Program-made: the position numbers and the translations under genes
The notes under the pieces: generated by a model
Told to the model about the DNA's origin: nothing
The model's database searches: none
Seen by the model: only the letters and a program-made list of their open reading frames with translations
NCBI GenBank assembly: GCA_030055525.1
Contig: JASFYJ010000001.1
Coordinates: 26,616 to 90,615, forward strand
Reading direction: 5' to 3'
Source: Archaeoglobales archaeon
GTDB lineage: Archaea; Halobacteriota; Archaeoglobi; Archaeoglobales; Archaeoglobaceae
Length of the DNA stretch: 64,000 bases
In this document: in pieces, positions 36,716 to 47,268 of the stretch
Layout of the letters: every line of letters begins with the position of its first letter
Position numbering within the stretch: position 1 is the first letter of the stretch

Positions 36716-38182
36716 TCAGAGGGGCCCTTTCATCATCTGATTCTCCTTAACCTTTGGAGATTTTAATCTTACTACAAAAACAGTTCCAGCGGGTTTGTTA
36801 TCTTCAACCCAAACCCGGCCATTGTATCTTTCGACGAGCTTCTTTACGATATACAATCCAAGCCCACTTCCACTGCTTGGACCGTACTTGATACCTTCTT
36901 CAAATATCTTGGATTTTATCTCTGCGGGGATTCCTCTCCCATAGTCAGAAACACGAATTTCACATTCGTCATCAAACTCTGCAAGGGCTATACTTACGAT
37001 GTCACTTCCTGAATGTTTTACAGCGTTGGAAAGTAGATTCTCGACTATAGAATACAGTCCCTCATCAGCTAAAGCTGTACAGTTGCCGTTTACGTTTATC
37101 TTTACCTTATCCTCATACTTTCGAACGATATCTTCAACTACCTCTCTTACTACCATCACTTTAAGGCTGCTTTTTTCCGAGGTTACGATCTTTTCAAGTT
37201 CTCTGATCTTTTCTATGTATATTCCACAATCTTTAACAGCCTCCTTTGCTTTTTCCAATAATTCCGAATTCCTATTTTCCTGATAGAGCTCTATGTAGCT
37301 TAAAACTATCTGAAGTTTGTTTAGAATGTCGTGGCGGAGCATCTTGTTTATGGTCCCCAAAACATCCTTCAGCTCTTTTAAATGATAATAAAGTTCTTCA
37401 TATCTTCTCTTCTGTTCTTCAAGCTCCCCAAGACTTAGGATGATCAGGTTTTCTTTGTAGATAGCATACAATCCAGAAGTGAGGGAAACGATGGAAAGGT
37501 TGTAGAAAAGTGCAGGATAGGCTGATATGGGCTCTTTGAGGCATTGGGCTTTACTTAAAGAAATAAATCCAAAACAAAAGAATACATAATACCCCAAAAC
37601 CGAGATCCAGTAGCTTGAAGATTCATGGTTAGCGTAGATTCCCAATAGTAACGAGTATACTGCTACGGAAACTAAACAAAGCACAACTCCAATTTGATTG
37701 CTCTCTCTTATCTCGCAGGGCATTTCTGTTATTGCTAGATAGCCGACGAGGATCACAGCTGCCGGAATTGATAAAAAAGTTAAAACACTTGGTTTTAAGA
37801 ATTTTGAATCTTTAAGCAACTTTTGGAAACCAAAAATTAGTAGTGGGATCGTTGAAGCTACAAAAATGGATTCGTAGATTTCCTTTAGATACTCGAAGGT
37901 CAAAGGAAAACCTACTATATCATAGGAAACGAAAATCATGTTTAAAGTTAGTAGAGTGAGTAGAGTTAAAGAACATAACCCAAACAACTTTTTCTCGCCA
38001 TGAGAATTTACAAATATGGCGGCTGATATTACTAAAGCTAGTATTGTGAAGAGGGCACCGTAAGTTAGGGAGAAAGGTTCGAACAAATTTGATGAAACAA
38101 GCTCCGATAGAATGTAGGGTGTCAAAGCTACGAGGAACAGCAAAAGTACTGTGACTACTTTCTTCATAATCGTTATAAGCAT
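36716..38182 (-). CDS. sensor histidine kinase with polytopic membrane sensor domain
   Basis: About 7 N-terminal TM helices, a coiled linker, an H-box (LRHDILNKL), and HATPase N/G boxes (LLSNAVKH, DYGRGI, GSGLGL). Confidence 0.8.
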   Translation of the reverse strand: MLITIMKKVVTVLLLFLVALTPYILSELVSSNLFEPFSLTYGALFTILALVISAAIFVNSHGEKKLFGLCSLTLLTLLTLNMIFVSYDIVGFPLTFEYLKEIYESIFVASTIPLLIFGFQKLLKDSKFLKPSVLTFLSIPAAVILVGYLAITEMPCEIRESNQIGVVLCLVSVAVYSLLLGIYANHESSSYWISVLGYYVFFCFGFISLSKAQCLKEPISAYPALFYNLSIVSLTSGLYAIYKENLIILSLGELEEQKRRYEELYYHLKELKDVLGTINKMLRHDILNKLQIVLSYIELYQENRNSELLEKAKEAVKDCGIYIEKIRELEKIVTSEKSSLKVMVVREVVEDIVRKYEDKVKINVNGNCTALADEGLYSIVENLLSNAVKHSGSDIVSIALAEFDDECEIRVSDYGRGIPAEIKSKIFEEGIKYGPSSGSGLGLYIVKKLVERYNGRVWVEDNKPAGTVFVVRLKSPKVKENQMMKGPL

Positions 38183-38221
38183 CTACACTTATAAAAAATT
38201 GACTTTTGTAGGGTAAAGTTT

Positions 38222-40498
<2,277 letters not shown>

Positions 40499-40508
<10 letters not shown>

Positions 40509-42529
40509 GTTGGTTGATTATAGCGGAGAAGGATGATGCTGCAAGAAGGATAGCCAGTATACTATTCAAAGATTTCAGAACTCTAAAAGAGGGAAAGATC
40601 AACTACTATTATTCGGAGAAAAATGATTCTTATGTGGTTGGGTTGAAGGGACATATAGTGGAGCTAGATTTTCCTAAAGAACTCAAAAATTGGTTGAAAA
40701 CACCGCTAAATGAACTTTTAAATGCTGAATTTGTGAAGAAAGTGAAAGAGAAGACGATATACAATTTGATTAAAAAACTTGCCGAAAAAGTCGATAGAGT
40801 CACAATAGCAACGGACTATGACAGAGAGGGAGAATTGATAGGGGTGGAAGCGCTAGAAATTTTAAAAAGTACCAATCCGAATATAAAAGTAGACAGAGCT
40901 AGATATAGTGCCATAACAAAGGAGGAAATAACCAAGGCTTTTGCAAAAACGACAAACGTTGACTTCAACCTCGCAAAAGCTGCGCTTGTGAGGCAAAAGA
41001 TAGATCTTGTATGGGGAGCCGCTTTAACCCGAATGATCTCTGTTCATTCCGGAAGGCTGGGTAAAGATTTTCTGAGTGTTGGAAGAGTCCAAACGCCAAC
41101 TCTGCGCATAATAGTTGAAAGGGAAGAAGAGATCAGAAACTTTAGACCTGAAAAGTATTACGAAATTTCGGCAAAATTTGAAAGTTTCGAAGCTAAGCAT
41201 CCGAAGAAATACAAGGAAAGACCGGAAGCTGAAAAAGTTTTCTCCAATATTGGAGATTTCGGAGTTGTAAAATTTTTTACGAGAAAAAGCATAGAAGAAG
41301 CTAAGCCGATCCCGTTTAATACAACAGAGTTTCTGAGGGAGGCTTCAAAGTTCATGAGTCCTTACAAAGCTATGCAGGTTGCAGAATTCTTATACATGAA
41401 CGGATACATCAGCTATCCAAGAACGGACAATACAGTTTATCCAAAATCTATCGATCTTTTAGGAATTGCAAGAAGCTTTCTAAACAGTCCCTTTGAAAAG
41501 GAAGCTAAGATCGTTTTATCGCAGGAAAAGATTGAAGCATCAAGTGGTAAAAAAGAAAGCAAGGACCACCCACCCATATACCCTACAGCCATCGCAACAA
41601 GAAAAGATTTAAAAGATGATGAATGGATCATCTATGAGCTCGTTGTTAGAAGATTTTTAGCTACCTTAGCTCCAAGAGCCGTCTGGGACATAAGGAGGGC
41701 TGAAATTGATTGCAATGGTGTGAACTTTATCGCGAATGGAAGAAAAATTATTAGTGCAGGTTGGAGAGAAATTTACATTTATTCAAAAGCTGAAGAAGTT
41801 GAGCTACCAATTCTTAAAGCAGGTCAAAAAATTAGGTTGATCGAAAAGAAACTTGAGGAGAAAAAGACGAAACCACCAGCGAGGTTTTCAGCTTCAGCTT
41901 TAATAAAGTTGATGGAAAATCTAGGCCTAGGAACAAAATCTACGAGACATGAAATTATAAAGAAGCTTGTAAGCAGAGGCTATATAAGCGGAAATCCATT
42001 TTCTCCAAGTGAAACAGCTTTTTCAGTGATAAGTGTCTTAAAAAAAGTTGCTGAAACAATAACATTGCCAGATATGACTGCAAAACTTGAAAAAGAGATG
42101 GACGAAGTTGCAGAAGGTAAGAAGAAGGAAGAAGAGGTATTTGAAGATTCTAAAAAAATGCTTGAGAGCATCCTATCTAAAATAGACTACTCTCAATTGG
42201 CTTCCGAGTTGAAAGATGGGATAAAAAGAGACAAGGTTGTAGGCAAATGTCCCGAATGTGGGGCAGATATAGTTGTAAGAAAATCAAAGAATAAAAAGAG
42301 GTTCTTAGGCTGCACGAGTTATCCTAAATGTAATTTTACTCTACCCCTTCCGCAAAAAGGTACAATAGTCTTAACGAAAAAGGTTTGTCAAAAGCATGCG
42401 ATAAGGGAAATTAAGATCAAAGACAAAAAAACTTGGAATCTTGGATGCCCTTACTGCAACTACATAGAGTGGAAGAAAGCTCAGAACTGTAGCCCGGAGA
42501 GTAAACTCAACTCTTCATCGAAAGCTTAG
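40499..42529 (+). CDS. topA: type IA DNA topoisomerase with C-terminal zinc ribbons
   Basis: Toprim ATDYDREGE, active-site GYISYPRTDN, and C-terminal CPECG...C and C..C ribbons. Confidence 0.9.
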
Positions 42530-42544
42530 CTCTCTCAGAGTTGA

Positions 42545-42706
42545 TGACCCTTTCCGGGCCATTGTCCCATGCCCGGGTTGCTCCGGAATCATAGTAAGGT
42601 CCGCTCCTCACTCATCCGAAGACCTATCGGCATGGTGTATCCCCGAACTTGCAGAGAGACTTCATCGCCCAGCTTAAGCCGCCTCAGCCTCCTCCCCATC
42701 GGGGAT
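42545..42706 (-). ncRNA. double-hairpin H/ACA box guide sRNA (plus a short 3' hairpin)
   Basis: Hairpin 1 has lower stem AUCCCCGA/UCGGGGAU followed directly by ACA (42636-42638). Hairpin 2 has lower stem CCAUGCC/GGCAUGG then G-ACA (42563-42565). Both have 7-bp upper stems, K-turns (tandem GA with a 3-nt bulge), and 15-16 nt from upper stem to ACA. A TATA box (TTTTATT, 42727-42733) sits at about -25. Confidence 0.8.
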
Positions 42707-42808
42707 ATGAATAGTGGTCTTGGAGCAATAAAACCCTTCTGTCAGAATTAATAAGATTATTTTCGAGAAAATCAAATTTTTTAAACTGTTTATATTTAGA
42801 TTACTACA

Positions 42809-43258
42809 ATGGCAAAAGTTGCTGTTGGAGGTACATTTGAACCGTTTCACGAGGGACATAAAAAGCTATTAGACACAGCGATAAAACTTGGCGGCAAGGA
42901 TGTTACAATTGGAATAACAAGTGATAAAATGGCTAGAGTCAGACATAGAAGCGTGCTTCCTTTCAAGGTTAGGGCTGAAAACGTCAGAAATTACGTTAGA
43001 AAAGTCTACGGTTTCGAACCAGAGATCGTTCAGATATGTGATCCTTACGGTAAAACGCTCGAAATAGATTTTGATTACCTCGTAGTCTCCCCTGAAACAT
43101 ACCAAAATGCAATCAAGATAAATGAAAAGAGACTGGAGCTCGGAAAGAAAGCTATACAGATAATTCGCGTGGAATGGGTTGAGGCAGAAGATGGAAAACC
43201 GATTTCCTCAACAAGGATAAAGAAAGGTGAAATAGATAGATACGGCAAAAAAATTTAG
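42809..43258 (+). CDS. coaD: archaeal phosphopantetheine adenylyltransferase (cytidylyltransferase fold)
   Basis: VAVGGTFEPFHEGHKKLL (HxGH) motif and ISSTRIK. Confidence 0.8.
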   Translation: MAKVAVGGTFEPFHEGHKKLLDTAIKLGGKDVTIGITSDKMARVRHRSVLPFKVRAENVRNYVRKVYGFEPEIVQICDPYGKTLEIDFDYLVVSPETYQNAIKINEKRLELGKKAIQIIRVEWVEAEDGKPISSTRIKKGEIDRYGKKI

Positions 43259-44211
43259 AGGCTTTCAACCTCCTTCAGAGGTTTTCCATCTTTAGTTTCT
43301 GGAGCTACGTAGTCTAAAAAGCGAATAAACGATACGTTCTGAAGTCTGAAAGTTACTTTTATTGGAGATAGCGTTGCATCCTCTTCAGTGAAGTTGATCT
43401 TCGAAACGGTTGCAGTCTGTTTGTTTAGATAAATCGTTATTTTATCACCTTTTTTGCCCTTAGTAAGTTCACTTCTGGCGGTATCTAATATCTTCTGTCT
43501 TCTAAGTAACTCTCTAAAGCTGTTAAGATCTTTTGCTCTGGCCGTAAGTTTACCACGTTCGATTTTTACCTCTGCATCTGAAAAGATGTTCTTAACAGCA
43601 TTCACAACTTTCTCCTCGCTTTCTGTGGGATGGATATCTGTTTCAATTAGAATTTCAACGTATTTCAAGAATTCAGACATTAAAGCTTTTATCTTCTCTT
43701 CAAAATCTTTGATGTCTCCGATGTTCTCTATCGTGTAGTTTGCCATCTCCATCGCATCTTTAAGCCCCCAACTCTCTTCTCTTCTGTCTCTTGCTCTTAG
43801 TTCATCTATCGTTAGCATATCATCACTTCGCATCCTCTTCTTAGCTCTCTCCAGTCGTATTTCTTCTGGACATTCTATTGCAATTAATAGAAAATCATCC
43901 CCAAACTCTTTTTTGAACCTTTCAACTTCTTCTATACTTCTTACACCATCGACAACGACTATACCTTTCTCAGCGCCAGCATCTCTGATTTTAGGTAAGC
44001 ATAAAACTGCTATTGCATCTTTTCCATATTTTCTTCTGAGTTCCTCAGCTATCTTTCCTAAGTTCTCGTTGTTCATTGGTAACTTGCGTTTTATTGCTTC
44101 TTCTCTAACCACGTCTCCCATGACAACTACTGGAATACCCATGGATCTCGCTATCTCGGCAGCAGTTGTTTTCCCGCTAAGTGGGTAGCCTACAAATGCT
44201 ACAATCCGCAT
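43255..44211 (-). CDS. P-loop nucleotide kinase-like domain (UPF0200-like) fused to a UPF0201/DUF54-like domain
   Basis: N-terminal GYPLSGKTT Walker A and a kinase-like half. The C-terminal half (~140 aa: IETDIHPTESEEKV...) resembles the stand-alone archaeal UPF0201 family. Family names are from memory. Confidence 0.55.
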   Translation of the reverse strand: MRIVAFVGYPLSGKTTAAEIARSMGIPVVVMGDVVREEAIKRKLPMNNENLGKIAEELRRKYGKDAIAVLCLPKIRDAGAEKGIVVVDGVRSIEEVERFKKEFGDDFLLIAIECPEEIRLERAKKRMRSDDMLTIDELRARDRREESWGLKDAMEMANYTIENIGDIKDFEEKIKALMSEFLKYVEILIETDIHPTESEEKVVNAVKNIFSDAEVKIERGKLTARAKDLNSFRELLRRQKILDTARSELTKGKKGDKITIYLNKQTATVSKINFTEEDATLSPIKVTFRLQNVSFIRFLDYVAPETKDGKPLKEVESL

Positions 44212-44395
44212 ATCATCACCTTTTAGATGTAAACCACATCAAAACTGATTTTATTTGTTTCGACAAGACTTTTGAAGTTAAGGTTGTGCTTTTTAATAAA
44301 AGTTGCCCTTTTTATAAGCAACATATCAGACAGTAGAAGAAAGGCTGCAGAAGTTTTCTTAACAAAACTTAATATGCGAAAAATCTCCAGATTTA

Positions 44396-44800
44396 ATGGC
44401 TATGGGTAGTGAGGAAAAGGAATACTACACGATCTCCGAACTTGCAAGTGAGTTTGAGATAAGCACGAGAACTATAAGGTACTATGAGGAAATTGGACTT
44501 TTATCACCAAAAAGAACTTCAGGAAATCAGAGGATATTCACAAAAAAAGATAGAGCCAAACTTAAGCTAATATTAAGGGGTAAGAGGCTCGGTTTCTCTC
44601 TTGAGGAGATAAAGGAGATGATAGAAATATACGATACAGCCGGAGAACCAGAACAAATAAGATTGGCCCTAAAATACGGTGAAAAAAAGCTCAAAGAAAT
44701 AGATGAAAAAATTAACGAGCTCCAGCTACTTAAAGAAGATCTGCTTACCCTTAGAGATATGTTGCTAAATAGACTTAAAGAACTTGGAGTTGATACATGA
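44396..44800 (+). CDS. MerR-family transcriptional regulator
   Basis: YTISELASEFEISTRTIRYYEEIGLL HTH plus a C-terminal coiled coil. Confidence 0.85.
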   Translation: MAMGSEEKEYYTISELASEFEISTRTIRYYEEIGLLSPKRTSGNQRIFTKKDRAKLKLILRGKRLGFSLEEIKEMIEIYDTAGEPEQIRLALKYGEKKLKEIDEKINELQLLKEDLLTLRDMLLNRLKELGVDT

Positions 44801-44818
44801 CGTTAACGTAAACGTTAA
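44800..44818. promoter_or_regulatory. inverted repeat between the MerR gene and the acyl-CoA dehydrogenase gene
   Basis: TTAACGT-AA-ACGTTAA (44803-44818) overlaps the palindrome ACGTTAACGT (44800-44809). It lies 32 bp upstream of the ATG at 44851, which has a GGTGAT RBS. Confidence 0.4.
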
Positions 44819-44850
44819 GTATATCGGATGCAACTAGCCTTGGTGATGTT

Positions 44851-46095
44851 ATGCTTGAAAACAACTGCCTGCTTAGCGAAGAGGAAGTCAGGCTTAGAGA
44901 AGAAGCGAAAGATTTTGTAGCAAGTATAGATCCGGAATTGATCAGAAAAATGGACAGAAACGAAGTAGATTATCCCTTTGAGTTTGTAAGAGCCGCTGCA
45001 GATAAAAATCTTTTGGGTTTAAGATTTTCCAAGGATTACGGTGGAAGAAATTTAACTTGGACTGCTGAAAGCGTCGTTCTTGAGGAGATAGGAACACTTG
45101 GAATGGGACTTGGATGCGCATATTCGATGGTGAGTATAGTTGGGGAAGCCCTAAACCGCTTTGGAAACGAATGGCAGAAGGAAGAGTTCTTAAAACCAAT
45201 AATAAAAGGTAAAAAAATATCCGCAGAGGGTCTTACCGAGCCCAGAGGTGGTAGTGATTTTTTTGGGACAACAACAAAGGCTGAAAAGAAGGGAAACGTT
45301 TGGGTGCTTAACGGACAGAAGAGGTTTATCGCAGGAGGAAAGGTGGCAGATTTCTATCTCATCTATGCCCGTACAGATCCAAATGCCCCCAACCACAAAG
45401 CTTTGACGGCGTTTATTGTTGAGAGAGACATGGGTGTTGAAATCGAAGAGCTGTACAATTTGATGGGTTTCAGAGGGATGGGGACTGCTAGGATCGTCTT
45501 TAAGAACGTAGAAGTTCCAAAAGAATATGTTTTAGGACAGTTGAACAATGCAAGAGAAATATTCAACAGAATGATGATTCCAGAAAGGTTAACTTCCGCT
45601 GCTGGAGCTGTTGGTCTTGCAAGAGCAGCTTTAGAAGTTGCAATAAAGTATTCAGAAAAAAGAAAGGCTTTTGGTTTGAAAATCAGAGATTTTCAGGGTG
45701 TAAACTTCATGGTTGCAGAATCTATAACCAAGTTGGACGCGGCTAGGGCCCTCGTTTACAACGCAGCAAAAGCAGCAGATTTGCATGATGCAGGAAAATT
45801 TGGAGATCCAAGAAGGCTTGTTAGTGAAGCTAAGTATTTTGCAACGGATGTAGGATGGGATGTTGTAAATAAGGCGATGCAAATACTTGGTGGAATAGGC
45901 TATACTCAAGTTTACCCAGTTGAAAGAATGCTTAGAGACATGCGTCTAGCTCCGATATGGACAGGAAGCAACGAGATTATGAAAGTCCTTATTCAGCATG
46001 AGACTTACAAGTTGATGGGTTCTGAAGTTAGAGAGAGGGACTACGAGAAAGATGCAATGGACTGGTATAAGGAGTGGGAAAAGGTTTACGAATGA
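44851..46095 (+). CDS. acyl-CoA dehydrogenase
   Basis: GLTEPRGGSD and IWTGSNEI motifs. Length is 414 aa. Confidence 0.85.
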   Translation: MLENNCLLSEEEVRLREEAKDFVASIDPELIRKMDRNEVDYPFEFVRAAADKNLLGLRFSKDYGGRNLTWTAESVVLEEIGTLGMGLGCAYSMVSIVGEALNRFGNEWQKEEFLKPIIKGKKISAEGLTEPRGGSDFFGTTTKAEKKGNVWVLNGQKRFIAGGKVADFYLIYARTDPNAPNHKALTAFIVERDMGVEIEELYNLMGFRGMGTARIVFKNVEVPKEYVLGQLNNAREIFNRMMIPERLTSAAGAVGLARAALEVAIKYSEKRKAFGLKIRDFQGVNFMVAESITKLDAARALVYNAAKAADLHDAGKFGDPRRLVSEAKYFATDVGWDVVNKAMQILGGIGYTQVYPVERMLRDMRLAPIWTGSNEIMKVLIQHETYKLMGSEVRERDYEKDAMDWYKEWEKVYE

Positions 46096-46145
46096 CGTTT
46101 AAAACTTTCGGATAAAACAAAAATTCTCTGCTGTAAATTTTTTAG

Positions 46146-47216
46146 ATGAAAATTTGTTTATTGGTGCATGGGGCTGAAGCTTTTTATAGTGGAGAGGTTG
46201 CAAAAGTAGCTGAGAAGTTGAAAAATCTTGGAGATATTAAAATATTCGTCACAGGTGCTATTTCAAGAACAGCAGCGATCGATGAGAAGATCAACCTTGA
46301 ATTTTGGAAGGGTCTGCCATCTACTTTACTGAAAAGTAACGAGAAAGACTTCGATGTTTTCATTCTGCTGACGTACTCAAAAAGTGCAGTAAGCGGTTAT
46401 ACCTACGCAAAAACAGTATTGGAGAGGAGTAAAATCAAAAAACCAGTTTTACAGCTTGAAATTTCGAACAAAACAGCTAAAATTTGGAATTCAAAAAATT
46501 TTGATTTTAAAGATGTTTTGGAGCTTTTAAGATTTGAGCTCGTAGATCCTGATATCGAAGTGAAAAACTTCTGGAAAGAAGGTTCTAGAGAATACAGAAG
46601 AGTTTTGGCAATAGAAAAGGGGGAATTGCTTCTTATCGATGGATTAGTAGTTGGTAGAGCAAAGGATGAGGACGTAGTGATCGTTGCTGAAAATGGTAAG
46701 ATAGTGGAAATTAGGGGCTTAGAATTGAAAAGGCATGGGATCGAGAAGCTCATGAAAAAGCATGAAAAAATCGATCTTGAGAAGATAAAAGTTTGTTCTT
46801 TGAGAAGGTTCGAGTTGAAGAGTGTAGAGGCGGTTAAAAAAAAGGGCTTCGGTGTGGCTTTCATAGATCACTCCGGATACGAAGTTTACGATTTTGCTGA
46901 AAATTGTGAAGGAATTGTTTGTGTAGGTGATGACACAACTTTCATAACTTCGGAGATCCTTTTCAGATTTGGCAAGCCGGTTTTAGGGATAGTTGATGGA
47001 GATCTGGATATCGTCATTAATAAGAAAAACGTGCACCCAATTTCAGAGATCTTTATAACTAAGCACGACGATCTTGCCGGAGAAATCGTTTTTAAGAGAG
47101 TTTTTTGTGAAAGAAACTATGTTCAGCAAAATTTTGAAGAGATTAGATACAAAATAGTGGAATTGTTAAAAAGTAGCGGCCTTTTAATTCAAAGAAGAAA
47201 GCTTTCTGAAATTTAA
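46146..47216 (+). CDS. conserved hypothetical protein (possible Toprim-like C-terminal region)
   Basis: No firm motif. The C-terminal GIVCVGDDTT...LGIVDGDLD has an acidic DxD-like pattern. It lies immediately upstream of the Lhr-type helicase. Confidence 0.4.
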   Translation: MKICLLVHGAEAFYSGEVAKVAEKLKNLGDIKIFVTGAISRTAAIDEKINLEFWKGLPSTLLKSNEKDFDVFILLTYSKSAVSGYTYAKTVLERSKIKKPVLQLEISNKTAKIWNSKNFDFKDVLELLRFELVDPDIEVKNFWKEGSREYRRVLAIEKGELLLIDGLVVGRAKDEDVVIVAENGKIVEIRGLELKRHGIEKLMKKHEKIDLEKIKVCSLRRFELKSVEAVKKKGFGVAFIDHSGYEVYDFAENCEGIVCVGDDTTFITSEILFRFGKPVLGIVDGDLDIVINKKNVHPISEIFITKHDDLAGEIVFKRVFCERNYVQQNFEEIRYKIVELLKSSGLLIQRRKLSEI

Positions 47217-47268
47217 TATTAAATCCATCGAATGGCTTAAATTGCGTTTCATCGGAGTAGTATTTGCG

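Noticed and set aside
36681-36730. A possible C/D box sRNA on the minus strand (GUGAUGA followed 12 nt later by CUGA).
   Set aside because: No terminal D box or C' box follows. The motifs lie inside the ends of the kinase and rpoL coding regions, so they are most likely chance matches.
42530-42710. I first considered the GC-rich island to be SRP (7S) RNA or RNase P RNA.
   Set aside because: It is too short (~180 nt). It has no GGAAAGUCC-type CR-I or ACAGAA-N-GGCUUA CR-IV/V arrangement in the right order for RNase P. It also lacks a canonical SRP helix-8 GGAA/AGCA motif. The two-hairpin H/ACA fold explains every conserved-looking element.
42569-42859. A 60-aa plus-strand ORF (42569-42751) and a 61-aa minus-strand ORF (42674-42859) lie in the same island.
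   Set aside because: Both overlap the H/ACA sRNA or its promoter. Their composition is odd (Pro/Arg/Ser-rich from GC-rich RNA sequence), and there is no RBS or promoter logic.
44212-44224. A GUGAUGA (C-box-like) sequence on the minus strand.
   Set aside because: It is the GGTGAT Shine-Dalgarno region immediately before the ATG of the kinase-fusion gene.
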